Virus record (IMG/VR): IMGVR_UViG_3300027205_000173
Location: 60,934 to 124,933 of that record
DNA length: 64,000 bases
DNA from: a virus
Taxonomy: Duplodnaviria; Caudoviricetes
Direction: 5' to 3' (one strand)
A program made the translations under genes and the position numbers. Shown here one piece after another: positions 18,684 through 33,289 of this stretch (positions within the stretch are counted from its first letter, which is position 1; each line of letters starts with the position of its first letter). The notes under the pieces were generated by a model. It had not been told where the DNA came from. It worked only from the letters and a program-made list of their open reading frames with translations, and ran no database searches.

Positions 18684-18859
18684 TCAAGGACCACTCGGTC
18701 ATAAGCGCCGCTCGCCTCGGTGAACTCTGGGGCACTAATCCTTTGGAATTCCTTCGTCTTGATGAAGACGAATGGATGATATTACTTGCTTGTGCTAAAG
18801 TAATACAGCAGGATAATGAGGAACGCGACCGGGAAATGAAAAAACGGAATCCTCGTTAA
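18656..18859 (+). CDS. tail assembly chaperone gpT-like extension via predicted -1 frameshift
   Basis: Start-less -1 frame PYDDAFEELIKDHSVISAARLGELWGTNPLEFL..KRNPR fills the gap to the tape measure; G-GAC-CCT at 18653-18659. Confidence 0.7.
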   Translation, partial: PYDDAFEELIKDHSVISAARLGELWGTNPLEFLRLDEDEWMILLACAKVIQQDNEERDREMKKRNPR

Positions 18860-18883
18860 TAGTTATACGGATTTCCGGGAGTA

Positions 18884-21800
18884 ATGATGGCAGACGAAAA
18901 AGTCGGACTTGTAGTCAAAGTCAAGGTCCATGGCGAACAACAACTCCGCAAACTCAAACGTGAAATAAACGGTCTTAACGACCACGTTACCCTGCTCAAA
19001 AATCGAGTTACATCCAACCTTGACAGCATGGATGCTAAATGGAAAAAGCATTTTGACGGAGTCGACAAAATGGTCAAAATGATGGGTGGGGCGCTCACAA
19101 AGTTTGTTGGAATGTCAGCAAAATTTGCTGCAGGACAACTTGCCGCAATGGGAGCCGCAATGATGGTTGTTCACGGAGCATTCATCCTCGGTAACGCATC
19201 AATGAAAGCATTCCGATATATATCAAAGGGTGTTGCAGCCGGACTAGCCTCCATTACCGTCGCCGCCGGAACTGCTGCTGCCGCTATTAGAGAAAATCAA
19301 GCAGCCATGTTTGCCTATAAGAAATTGGGCAAGAATGAGTTTGGTTCTGGGATGAATCAGGTTCGTCAAGAGATGCGTGCTATGGCTCGCGATACTGACC
19401 TTGCAGGCTTGAGTGCCAAAGATTTAAATTCTATTTATTCTGAAATATCAAAGAAGGGCACTTACACACAGTCTTCTCAGGCTCTTGTTAAAAGTTTGAT
19501 GGATTTTGGTGCTGCTGGTCAAGATGTTGCCCAGGGAGCACAGGCCGTCGGTGCTTTAGTTGGGATGCTTCAAGACCCTAAGGCTACATTTGCGCAGATT
19601 ACTGCATCTGCGAAGGACCTTGGTCCCGCAATGGAAAATGCTCTTAAGGAAGCGAAGACTAAAGGTATTGATACTGTCGCTGAATTAAAAGGTGCGATCC
19701 TTGATGGAACATTGTCCGTCATAGGTGGCGTGAATGGTCAGTTCGCTGCTGTCAACGACACTCTTATCGGTCGTTTTAAGAAAGCAATGAATATTATTAA
19801 GGCTGACTTTGCTGACTTTGGTCAAGTGTTTTTGGCGCCGGCAAAAGATGCTTTAGGAAAGATTGAACACACCATTAGGCGAACTTTAATTCAAGTGACT
19901 GGGACTCTTACCACTTTTGGCAAGGGCTCCATGATGGATGGTCTTACTAGTGGTTTTGAAAAGTTGGCTGATGGTTTTGCCAAGATGATCAATAATTATG
20001 TCCCCAAGGCCGAGGGGATGTTAAAGGGTATTAGTAGTTGGTGGAGTGATTTTAGGAACGGTTGGAATGATGTCCTAGATAGGACTCGTCCTTTTATCGA
20101 TGCTGCCAGAGTTATTGAAGACATGATCAAGAATGCTTTGCAACCGTTGTTTAGTGAGTTCGGTAGTGCGATGGATAATACTCGTAATTTGATTCTCAAT
20201 AATAAGCAAGCGTTTGAAGAGTTTGGTACGCGTGTTGGTGCATTTATTACTGAGTTTGGTCGGTTTGCTGGTGCTACTCGTGAAATTTTTGTTCAGGCAA
20301 TGCCGTTTATTAACGATATGGTTGAGGGGGCCACGAAACTTTTCCATATATTCAATGATGTTCTTGGTGCAGTTAGGCAAATTGCTGGTGTTGATAGTCC
20401 TGCTGGTGCGTTTGGTTTAGCGGGTGCCCTCATGGCTGGTGGTCGTGGTATGAAGAAAACTATTGGTGGTGTTGTTCCGGATTTTGCAAAGATGCAGAAA
20501 ACTCAGTTAATGAATGTTAATGCTGGTGTTGTTAATGTTGATGGCCCGGGTGGTGGCATGTCCAGTAAGACTGGTGGCGGAGGCGGCGGTATTGCTGGTG
20601 CCGGTGGGCGATCTCTTACTATGCCAAGTGGGAAAACATTCCCCATGGCACCGAATCAACTTCAGGCTGGTAGTGGGCTCTACGGTGCAGGCCACCCTAT
20701 GTCTCCTCTTCGTCAGCAAGGTATGAGATCACAGGTTGGTATAGATAATACTGGTGGTGGCGCTCCTACGGGGACTGGCGTTACTCCTGCTGGTGGCAGA
20801 GAGATTGCGCCAGGATATGTTACTGGACCGCATAATAAAGGTATTTATGAGACTGCCAGTGGACGTAAATTAACTATGAGGGATGGTGGATGGTGGAAGG
20901 CTATGGCAACACCAAACACACCCGGATATGCGCAATCAGTAGATGGTGTTGACCCATCTAGATACAAAAAATTTATGGGCAAGTATGGTCCTCGTGCACA
21001 GCGAACAACTGAAGCATATGCAAGATTTGCTGGTGACGAAGCAAAAGGTATTAAGGGTTTCAATAATAGGGCTTCGACAGGCATAGGGGCAACTTTGGGA
21101 CTTGGTCTTCTTTCTAGCATTGCTCCCGAATCTGCCAAGGGTGCTTTGGCTCTCGGTTCTGGAGTGGCGATGTTTAACCCCGGGGCTGGTGTTGCTATCG
21201 GTGGTCTTGGTGCTGCAGCAACTAGTACTAGTAGTGGTTTTGGCGCTGCTTCTGGAGCGATGGGTGGTTTTGCTGCAGGAATGATGACTGGTAGTGTTCC
21301 GTTTGCAATCATCGGTGCAGTCATGGGCGCTATTGCTGGCGGAATCATGGGCGCTGTTAATAAAAGAAAAGAAGAGTACAAACTTGCCAGAGCCGCAGGC
21401 GCAGCCATGGCGAGTAATGTCCAATCTGGCATGCTGTCCGGAATAAGTTCTTCGTTGGGTTCAGTTGTTGGACAAGGTGCGGGGGTCACTAGGCGTGTTG
21501 CTAAACAACAACTTGATACTTTGGTTTCTACAAATCAACAAAATGTTAATGATATAACGGGATTTATCGCCCAGGGCCCAGATGCTTTGAAAGCCGAAAT
21601 GGCAAGAGGCTACAATGAACAAAGTGGAGTATTTGCAAATATACCCTATGATAAATATCAAGATGCATTAAACCGTCCCCAAGCATTTGCAGAAGAAACT
21701 CTCAGAGAAATGAACAAAGACCTGAGCGCAAGTAGGTCTATTCAGACTATTTATGACTCAAGAATGAAACAGTATGAACAACTTTTTGGCATGACGGAAG

Positions 21801-23230
21801 ATCAAGTTTTTGGACTTGCACAAAGTACTGGTTTGAACTTGATGGAAGTAACACAAAGTCTTGATTCCGCAATTAGTCAACTTGTTTCAGGGATGATTAG
21901 CAGCACTTCCTCACTCAATGCATTTATTGGTGAAACATATGCCAGCATGTACGACGTCGTAGATACAGCAAAGAAAGCATCAGAAGCACCCAAAATATAT
22001 GACGAGGCAGCGCGTACTATATTCGACAAGAATGCTGCGGGAACTTTGACGTCACCAGATATCATGGATTTCTTAAAAACTGCGTTGCAACAATTTCCAG
22101 CAATGTATGGCTCCTCCCCTGGCGGACAGACGCGTGGCTTAATAGAGTTTGGAAATCAATTCTTAAACGAAAACGGTTTGGCTTATCAGTATGGACCTAA
22201 TGGAGAAAAATATCCATTAAGCGGGATGGGTGGCACTTTCTTTAATCAAGAAAACAAGCCAATCATGGACGAATTGAGAGGTATACAACAGGCGTCACTT
22301 GGACGTGCCGGAAGAGAATTGCTGACAACCTCTTTAACTACTATGGGTCTTCAATTGTCGGACCCAAGTCTTGCTTCGGGATTCGGAGGACAGTTGAATG
22401 CTCTTGCCCAGACAGACCCAGAAGCAGCAACCAATGTCGTTAATACTCTGGCTAAATTTCAAGATTATTTTGCTGTGGCAACAACAGAAGAACAACAATC
22501 GGCAGTTACTAGTGGGCTTGACAGTTATTTGAAAGAGACATTCAACACTTTGTTTACAGGGGATTGGGCCACAACAGTATTTAAACCATTAGAGGACACT
22601 GCTGCTGCGACGTCAACTGCTGTTTACAAAGGAATAACAGATGCCTTTGCGCCAGGATTTAACCTCTCCGCAAACAGTGTAAGTGTCGCCGCTGCTCAAT
22701 CAGCGCTTGTTACAAGCCCCTCTGTAACCGTAGTTCAAAACGTCGCACCTAAGGACACTAAATTCCCTAAATCCAATAGTGTTGGTGATACGGGTACCAA
22801 CTTATCGAAGACGCTTGACGCACACCAAAGACTCAATACTGGTGCCGGGAATAGATTTATAACTTCAAGTTACAGAAATTATTCACTTGGATCATCCAAC
22901 TCTGACCATATCAATGGTCGTGCCTATGATCTTGTTGGCGACAATTTGATTTCATATCGTGATGCCGTTCAACGTGATGGTGGCTTTGCTCAATTCCACG
23001 GCGATACACAAAATAGACATCTTCATGTTGTTCCTAGAATTGGCGACTCCATGTCACCTGCGTACGCAATGGCAACTGGGGCTGCAAGCGTTACGGGGTC
23101 TCAGTCATCAGGATCACCCGTATATAATATTACTGTCAATGGTGCTGGTTCTAATCCCGAGGAAATAGCAAATATAGTTATGCACAAAATTAAGATTAAT
23201 GAAAAAATTAGCAAAGAAAGAGCATACTGA
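18884..23230 (+). CDS. tape measure protein with C-terminal peptidase M15-like domain
   Basis: 1448 aa, Ala/Gly-rich and helical; ITSSYR..NSDHINGRAYD..HLHV. Confidence 0.88.
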   Translation: MMADEKVGLVVKVKVHGEQQLRKLKREINGLNDHVTLLKNRVTSNLDSMDAKWKKHFDGVDKMVKMMGGALTKFVGMSAKFAAGQLAAMGAAMMVVHGAFILGNASMKAFRYISKGVAAGLASITVAAGTAAAAIRENQAAMFAYKKLGKNEFGSGMNQVRQEMRAMARDTDLAGLSAKDLNSIYSEISKKGTYTQSSQALVKSLMDFGAAGQDVAQGAQAVGALVGMLQDPKATFAQITASAKDLGPAMENALKEAKTKGIDTVAELKGAILDGTLSVIGGVNGQFAAVNDTLIGRFKKAMNIIKADFADFGQVFLAPAKDALGKIEHTIRRTLIQVTGTLTTFGKGSMMDGLTSGFEKLADGFAKMINNYVPKAEGMLKGISSWWSDFRNGWNDVLDRTRPFIDAARVIEDMIKNALQPLFSEFGSAMDNTRNLILNNKQAFEEFGTRVGAFITEFGRFAGATREIFVQAMPFINDMVEGATKLFHIFNDVLGAVRQIAGVDSPAGAFGLAGALMAGGRGMKKTIGGVVPDFAKMQKTQLMNVNAGVVNVDGPGGGMSSKTGGGGGGIAGAGGRSLTMPSGKTFPMAPNQLQAGSGLYGAGHPMSPLRQQGMRSQVGIDNTGGGAPTGTGVTPAGGREIAPGYVTGPHNKGIYETASGRKLTMRDGGWWKAMATPNTPGYAQSVDGVDPSRYKKFMGKYGPRAQRTTEAYARFAGDEAKGIKGFNNRASTGIGATLGLGLLSSIAPESAKGALALGSGVAMFNPGAGVAIGGLGAAATSTSSGFGAASGAMGGFAAGMMTGSVPFAIIGAVMGAIAGGIMGAVNKRKEEYKLARAAGAAMASNVQSGMLSGISSSLGSVVGQGAGVTRRVAKQQLDTLVSTNQQNVNDITGFIAQGPDALKAEMARGYNEQSGVFANIPYDKYQDALNRPQAFAEETLREMNKDLSASRSIQTIYDSRMKQYEQLFGMTEDQVFGLAQSTGLNLMEVTQSLDSAISQLVSGMISSTSSLNAFIGETYASMYDVVDTAKKASEAPKIYDEAARTIFDKNAAGTLTSPDIMDFLKTALQQFPAMYGSSPGGQTRGLIEFGNQFLNENGLAYQYGPNGEKYPLSGMGGTFFNQENKPIMDELRGIQQASLGRAGRELLTTSLTTMGLQLSDPSLASGFGGQLNALAQTDPEAATNVVNTLAKFQDYFAVATTEEQQSAVTSGLDSYLKETFNTLFTGDWATTVFKPLEDTAAATSTAVYKGITDAFAPGFNLSANSVSVAAAQSALVTSPSVTVVQNVAPKDTKFPKSNSVGDTGTNLSKTLDAHQRLNTGAGNRFITSSYRNYSLGSSNSDHINGRAYDLVGDNLISYRDAVQRDGGFAQFHGDTQNRHLHVVPRIGDSMSPAYAMATGAASVTGSQSSGSPVYNITVNGAGSNPEEIANIVMHKIKINEKISKERAY

Positions 23231-24804
23231 TGTCTGCAATATACTCCTGGGGCGTGGCAGATGAATTGAATTTCAAAGGACCGTACATAGTAAAAGATGG
23301 GAAATATATTCGCGATCAGATATATACTGTAAAAAAATCTGATCCACCAATATCTCAGAGGACCAATGACGCTGGGAGAAAACTATATTTAGTATTGCAC
23401 AAAGGACAATTAGCGGAAGTAATAAAAAGTGATTATTGGGGTTTAACTTATTCATATACCGACACCACAAAGTGGTTCATAGTAAGGCTATGGGTCTATG
23501 CCAGTACACCGCAGATACCCAAGAGAACCGAATATGACACGGTGAATAATGGTGGTGCCGCTCTTTACTGGATGGGAACTTGGGCAAATTCAGCAAACGG
23601 TGACCGTATGCCAAAAATGTTGACATATGCAGAACCTGGAATGAATTATCGCTATATATATAAAACTAATGAACTCGGCAAATTTCCCCTAGGCAGTCCA
23701 TCTACCGGAACAACACCCCCACCATCCGTTGGTGGCGGACGTGGCAATAACCCTGGCTGGGATGGAACAATACCTTCGACCGGCCCCAATAGCGGTACTT
23801 CTATTACCGTTGGAACGAATCCACCCAGTAGCGGTGACGCTCAAGACATAGCATGGTGGCTGAATTACCCCCCCGCTCCAAGTACCGCTTCAAGTACCAA
23901 CCCTGGTACCCCTAAGCCTGGCGACAAAGACAAAGGCAAAGGCCAATGGGTTACTGGCCCAGATGGACAAAGATACTACTTACCACCTGGTATTGATTTT
24001 GCTGGATTGCAAAGAGAATACGACAGGACGCACCCTAAGCCTGAAACAAAAATTGTCGTCCGCATGCCCAAGGGCTACGCCTCACCAGTATCAACCGTTG
24101 ACACCAAACCACGGATGACGCAAAGACAACTAGATTTGACCGAAAGTGGTCAAGCAATAGGCACTGCCACGGAGACATTCGTCTTTCCTTATATTCCGCA
24201 AAATATTCGATATTCAGACATTGGTTCGCAGTGGCAAGAAATTCCTCGCGCATTGAACACTTCATTTGTTGACTGGGTTGGATATAAGTTGATGAAAGTC
24301 TCTATGGATTTTCTTGTTACTGCAAGAATGCAAGTTGGCCCAGTGACAACGCCGAATGTCGTTTCTGATGGCCTATTTAACTCCGTGGCTGAAGATTTAG
24401 GTAGATTGCGAAGGATGGCAACAAACAAGTCTCCCGTCACCCTGGAGGGTTTTGATGACATTCTGAGCGTACAAATGGCTCGGTCAAAATCCGGAGGACC
24501 CAGAGGTATTGAGTTTGTTATTCAGGATTTAAATATTACCGCTGGTCGCAGAACCATCGACCCAGACACCGGTCTAGCAACGAGCCCAATATCAAACATT
24601 GCTGCCGCACAAGTTAGCCTAACTTTACAAGAGATACCCATAGAGAGCGTCACCATAGTGAAACTCCCTCCTTTAAACTTAGGTGCTCCACTTATAGGCA
24701 AGAAAGAAGGTGGTGGTGGTGGTGGTGTGCCTTCATTGGGTCTGCAAAGCGATCTCCTAACTGGCCTTAAATGGGCGGTATCCGAACCACCGGCGGGTAC
24801 CTGA
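23230..24804 (+). CDS. tail tube initiator/baseplate-associated protein
   Basis: Post-TMP position; FVFPYIPQNIRYS..WQEIPR..SLTLQE C-terminal domain; Pro/Gly linker. Confidence 0.6.
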   Translation: MSAIYSWGVADELNFKGPYIVKDGKYIRDQIYTVKKSDPPISQRTNDAGRKLYLVLHKGQLAEVIKSDYWGLTYSYTDTTKWFIVRLWVYASTPQIPKRTEYDTVNNGGAALYWMGTWANSANGDRMPKMLTYAEPGMNYRYIYKTNELGKFPLGSPSTGTTPPPSVGGGRGNNPGWDGTIPSTGPNSGTSITVGTNPPSSGDAQDIAWWLNYPPAPSTASSTNPGTPKPGDKDKGKGQWVTGPDGQRYYLPPGIDFAGLQREYDRTHPKPETKIVVRMPKGYASPVSTVDTKPRMTQRQLDLTESGQAIGTATETFVFPYIPQNIRYSDIGSQWQEIPRALNTSFVDWVGYKLMKVSMDFLVTARMQVGPVTTPNVVSDGLFNSVAEDLGRLRRMATNKSPVTLEGFDDILSVQMARSKSGGPRGIEFVIQDLNITAGRRTIDPDTGLATSPISNIAAAQVSLTLQEIPIESVTIVKLPPLNLGAPLIGKKEGGGGGGVPSLGLQSDLLTGLKWAVSEPPAGT

Positions 24805-25973
24805 TGGCTGCTGAATATAAGTTCAGTGAAGAGCGCTGGGACGCTATCAAATCTGAATACAGTAAACATGAGTGGGATATTGTTATTGGCGATTTAGATA
24901 CCGGCCAAATAGCAATCATTAAAGAATCAATTTTGAGTATGCAAGTCAGTTACTCGATGTCCGAAGTGACACAATTGAGCATATCTTTGATTGACCCAAA
25001 TTTCGAAATGTTAAAAGCAAACTATTTTATTATTGGTCGAGATGTTCTTTATCGCTCAAAAAACATTGCAGAAATGAAAAGACTCAATGAGGAGAACGAT
25101 CATAATGGAAAGCAAATAAAACCAAAAAACTATTATGAATTAAAACTAGAAATAAGTGAAGTTAGTGTAGACCAGGGGCCGGGAAGTTCCCCTGTTATTA
25201 CAATTAATGCACGAAGCAAGCCAATCCAGCAGATGAAAAGATACAAAAATGCCAACGAATTAAAGGCTGCACAGGCAAAAATCAAAGGCAAACAGTCTGC
25301 ACGAGGTTTCCTTCAATATATATGTGATTCATTTGGATTAGCACTAGTTTCCGATCCACTCATTTCTAAAACATCATCAATTAATGTTTCTTCGGACGCA
25401 ACCAAGTCATCAGATTCTGCTTGGGATGTGGTGAGTAGGATAGCCGGTGATAATAACTGTGCAATATTTGAAGTTGATGGCGTCCTGTTTGTGGTCAAAC
25501 TCAAAACGCTATATGGGGGATGGGGAACAGAACGTGTTGCTGCCAATATTTTTAATTTAAAAACCAATACAATCTCCGAAAAAACGATCACTGCTATTCC
25601 GATCATTTATCCTCCCCCCTACGGGAAGATGACTGCACTAGGAAAACCACGTTACGAAGACTTCATACTTACACAAATGCCCAGTATTTCAAAATCAGAT
25701 CAGGACCCCTATCAATGCCAGGCAAGTATTCAGTTGGATAGATTTGCTGGTACTTCTTTGCGCCCTGGTATGACGGTTGCCTTGTGGGGAATACCAACAC
25801 TTTCCGATGTTTTTATTATTAATACTGTTACTTATGACGAGATGTCAATCAATCCCGTTAATGTAACTTTGATTAAGCCCGAACGTGATGTAGAAGATAA
25901 AGATAAGGCTATTCAGGATTATCTTGTTGGCGGTATCTATCTTGCTGCTGAAGCGCCGACATTAGCGTTGTAA
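24804..25973 (+). CDS. baseplate hub protein (gpD/gp27-like)
   Basis: SAWDVVSRIAGD..FEVDGVLF; LRPGMTVALWG..FIINTV. Confidence 0.75.
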   Translation: MAAEYKFSEERWDAIKSEYSKHEWDIVIGDLDTGQIAIIKESILSMQVSYSMSEVTQLSISLIDPNFEMLKANYFIIGRDVLYRSKNIAEMKRLNEENDHNGKQIKPKNYYELKLEISEVSVDQGPGSSPVITINARSKPIQQMKRYKNANELKAAQAKIKGKQSARGFLQYICDSFGLALVSDPLISKTSSINVSSDATKSSDSAWDVVSRIAGDNNCAIFEVDGVLFVVKLKTLYGGWGTERVAANIFNLKTNTISEKTITAIPIIYPPPYGKMTALGKPRYEDFILTQMPSISKSDQDPYQCQASIQLDRFAGTSLRPGMTVALWGIPTLSDVFIINTVTYDEMSINPVNVTLIKPERDVEDKDKAIQDYLVGGIYLAAEAPTLAL

Positions 25974-25982
25974 GGTATTGTC

Positions 25983-28688
<2,706 letters not shown>

Positions 28689-28690
28689 TT

Positions 28691-30046
28691 ATGCCTAGGT
28701 CGGGTTTCAGTTCTAAAGTTTTGGGGTTTAGCAGTGCTATTCCGTTCTCTGCTACTGGCGGTACTACTACAGATAGTGGTGGTTATCGTTACCATACTTT
28801 TAATGCTTCGGGCAACTTTGTTGTTACTGGTAGCAAAAGTATGGACCTTCTTGTTGTAGGCGGAGGTGGTGGGGGTTCAGGGGCAAGTGGTGACAAGTTC
28901 AACAACTATGCTGGTATCGGCGGTGGTGCTGGAGTATTTACTACAGTAACAAGAACCTTATCTGGTGGAACTTACCCAGTAACCATTGGCGCTGGTGGTG
29001 GTACTGCATCAGAAGGATACAGGGGAGTCCCTTCTTTGTTTAAGTTTACTGATGCTTCAGCACCTACTTATGCCGTTGGCGACACTGGTCCTGCTGGTGG
29101 TAAAATATTTATGACACCATCAACATCAGGTAACAGCACTGGTTTATATTTTGAAGTTGCGCCAGTTGCTTCTGAGGTATCAAGAACTTGGGCGCAATCT
29201 TCCTTACAGAGCACACTAGTTGTTGGAGCACGATTTAATGAAATCGGCACAGGCACTACCATTACTCCGCTCATTGTTGCTCAAGGTAACTTAAGTGCCT
29301 CTACTTGCGCCGCAACCTATTGTTCCGATTACACATATGGTGGTTACTCGGATTGGTTTCTACCATCAAAAGATGAAATGACTGCGCTTTATGCAAATAG
29401 AGTCGCGGTCAATAGTAGCATTAGTACTTCGGTCCGCTATCATTCCTGTTCAGAGGAATTATTTCAAACTAGTTACATTACATACAACAGAGTCTGGGCT
29501 GTTGGCAACGGTACTGGTGTAGTAAGCAAAAACGACTCTTATTTAGTGCGCCCAGTAAGAGCATTTTCTGCTTCAACATTTGTGCCTATCTATGCAGTTG
29601 GAGGCTCTGAAACTAATAGCACTTCTTCTACTGCTGGTGGAAATAGCGTATTTGAAGGTGGTCTAGAATATTCAGCCGACCTGCCAACTTCTTCAGGTGG
29701 TGGCGGTACTTCGGCAGTTGGGCAAACCCCTTATTACACTTCACCAAATTATTATTCAGGTAATGGTGGTGCTGGTTCTACTTGGAATAGTTTTAAGTCG
29801 TTTGGTGGTGGTGGTGGTGCTGGAGGCTATTATTCTACTGGCTACTACACTATTAACAACCGAGGTACTGGGGGAACAACTGGTGGAGGTGCAGGCAGCG
29901 ACCCTACTCTTGCTACACCTATTGCTGGCGGAAATGGCACCGCTAACACTGGCGGTGGAGGTGGCGGTGGGTCATTCAAAGATTACAGTACAACAGCAGG
30001 TGGTAACGGTGGTTCAGGTGTAGTTATTGTGAGGTATCTGCTATGA
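28691..30046 (+). CDS. glycine-rich fibre/adhesin with inserted DUF1566 (CLec-like) domain
   Basis: ATGGT..YRYHTF, LLVVGGGGGG, GGSGVVIVRY; internal VGDTGPAGG..YSDWFLPSKDEM..VRPVRAF. Confidence 0.75.
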   Translation: MPRSGFSSKVLGFSSAIPFSATGGTTTDSGGYRYHTFNASGNFVVTGSKSMDLLVVGGGGGGSGASGDKFNNYAGIGGGAGVFTTVTRTLSGGTYPVTIGAGGGTASEGYRGVPSLFKFTDASAPTYAVGDTGPAGGKIFMTPSTSGNSTGLYFEVAPVASEVSRTWAQSSLQSTLVVGARFNEIGTGTTITPLIVAQGNLSASTCAATYCSDYTYGGYSDWFLPSKDEMTALYANRVAVNSSISTSVRYHSCSEELFQTSYITYNRVWAVGNGTGVVSKNDSYLVRPVRAFSASTFVPIYAVGGSETNSTSSTAGGNSVFEGGLEYSADLPTSSGGGGTSAVGQTPYYTSPNYYSGNGGAGSTWNSFKSFGGGGGAGGYYSTGYYTINNRGTGGTTGGGAGSDPTLATPIAGGNGTANTGGGGGGGSFKDYSTTAGGNGGSGVVIVRYLL

Positions 30047-30354
30047 GTCATTTTGCTGAATTAAATGAAAACAATGTTGTACTTCGTGTGCTCGTTTGCG
30101 ACAACGATGACCCAAACGACGACGAAGGCTATCAATGGCTGATTGACAATTTGGGTGGGCGTTGGGTTCAAACAAGTTACAACGGCAACTTCAGGGGTTG
30201 TTTTGCTGGGATTGGTTTTACTTACGATGAGGAACTGGATGTGTTTAAAGCACCTATCCGAAATCCTCGTCAACTCAACCCCAATATGATTCCGCCAACG
30301 AGTCAAGAAAACACTACTGTTTATACATTTGGAGATGATGAAAATGTTACATGA
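30043..30354 (+). CDS. fibre-associated small protein
   Basis: MSHFAELNENNVVLRV..WVQTSYN..FAGIGFTYD..D.F, a family that usually follows Gly-rich fibres. Confidence 0.7.
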   Translation: MSHFAELNENNVVLRVLVCDNDDPNDDEGYQWLIDNLGGRWVQTSYNGNFRGCFAGIGFTYDEELDVFKAPIRNPRQLNPNMIPPTSQENTTVYTFGDDENVT

Positions 30355-30732
30355 AGACTTGGGTTTTGTGGGGAATATTTGGGTTCGCCAAAATACTATG
30401 GAAGCAATCGGTGACACAAATGGTGGTCATGCTCACCAGCACGACCATGTGACATTGCTCGTAAAAGGTTCCGTTGAAGTTCAGGTTGGCGAATACCCAT
30501 CAAAGACATTTGTTGCCCCAACCTTTATTGTTATCCGAAAAGGTTTGCACCATAAGTTTACGGCGTTAGAAGACGAAACCATTTATTATTGTGTGTTTGC
30601 TTTGCGTGACATTGATGGCGACCCAACGGAAATTATTGAAGACCGACATATTCCATATTCGTTAGCAACAACTGAACCCAATCTTTGGGAAGAGTTTATA
30701 GAGTGGCGTAATCGCCAACAAGGGAATAAATA

Positions 30733-30733
<1 letters not shown>
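30344..30733 (+). CDS. cupin domain protein
   Basis: [28 protein letters not shown]. Confidence 0.75.
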
Positions 30734-32792
<2,059 letters not shown>

Positions 32793-32796
<4 letters not shown>

Positions 32797-32942
32797 GTGA
32801 CGTACAATTAGATGTCAATAAGATTATTGAATCTTTGACAAACCAGATTGCAGCACAGGCGCAGCGAATTGCTGTCCTTGAGGCAACGATTGTGGCTATG
32901 CGCCAATTATCAGAGAAAAGCACCACACCAAACGCCGAATAA
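32793..32942 (+). CDS. small coiled-coil protein (49 aa, not in ORF track)
   Basis: [49 protein letters not shown]; GGAG RBS; ATGA overlap; paralog at 60222. Confidence 0.7.
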
Positions 32943-32992
32943 GCCCCACGGTAGTGCTCGCAGTGTAAGATTAATGTGGACCAGGAGCATGT

Positions 32993-33286
32993 ATGAACAC
33001 AATTAAAATACCGATTGAGTATGGTCGTGATGGATTTGCGCAAGTCACAGATGATACAGATGATTATTATAAGCAATTATTGAGTATTACGGCACGAACA
33101 GAGCGAGACATGAGTCCACTGTTTCCTGAATTTGGCGTACAAGACCCGACATTCAATATTGTTGACAATGGAGTATTTCTTATTAATGCATCTAAATATA
33201 TTCCAGAAATAATACTCACAGAGATTGACACAAACATAGACGAACAAGGCAATAACTTCATCAGATTCAACTTCACGAGACGATAA
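32993..33286 (+). CDS. baseplate wedge gp25/gpW-like
   Basis: ITARTERDMSPLFPEFG resembles TxxGERxxxPxFG; position before the J-like gene. Confidence 0.7.
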   Translation: MNTIKIPIEYGRDGFAQVTDDTDDYYKQLLSITARTERDMSPLFPEFGVQDPTFNIVDNGVFLINASKYIPEIILTEIDTNIDEQGNNFIRFNFTRR

Positions 33287-33289
33287 AAA

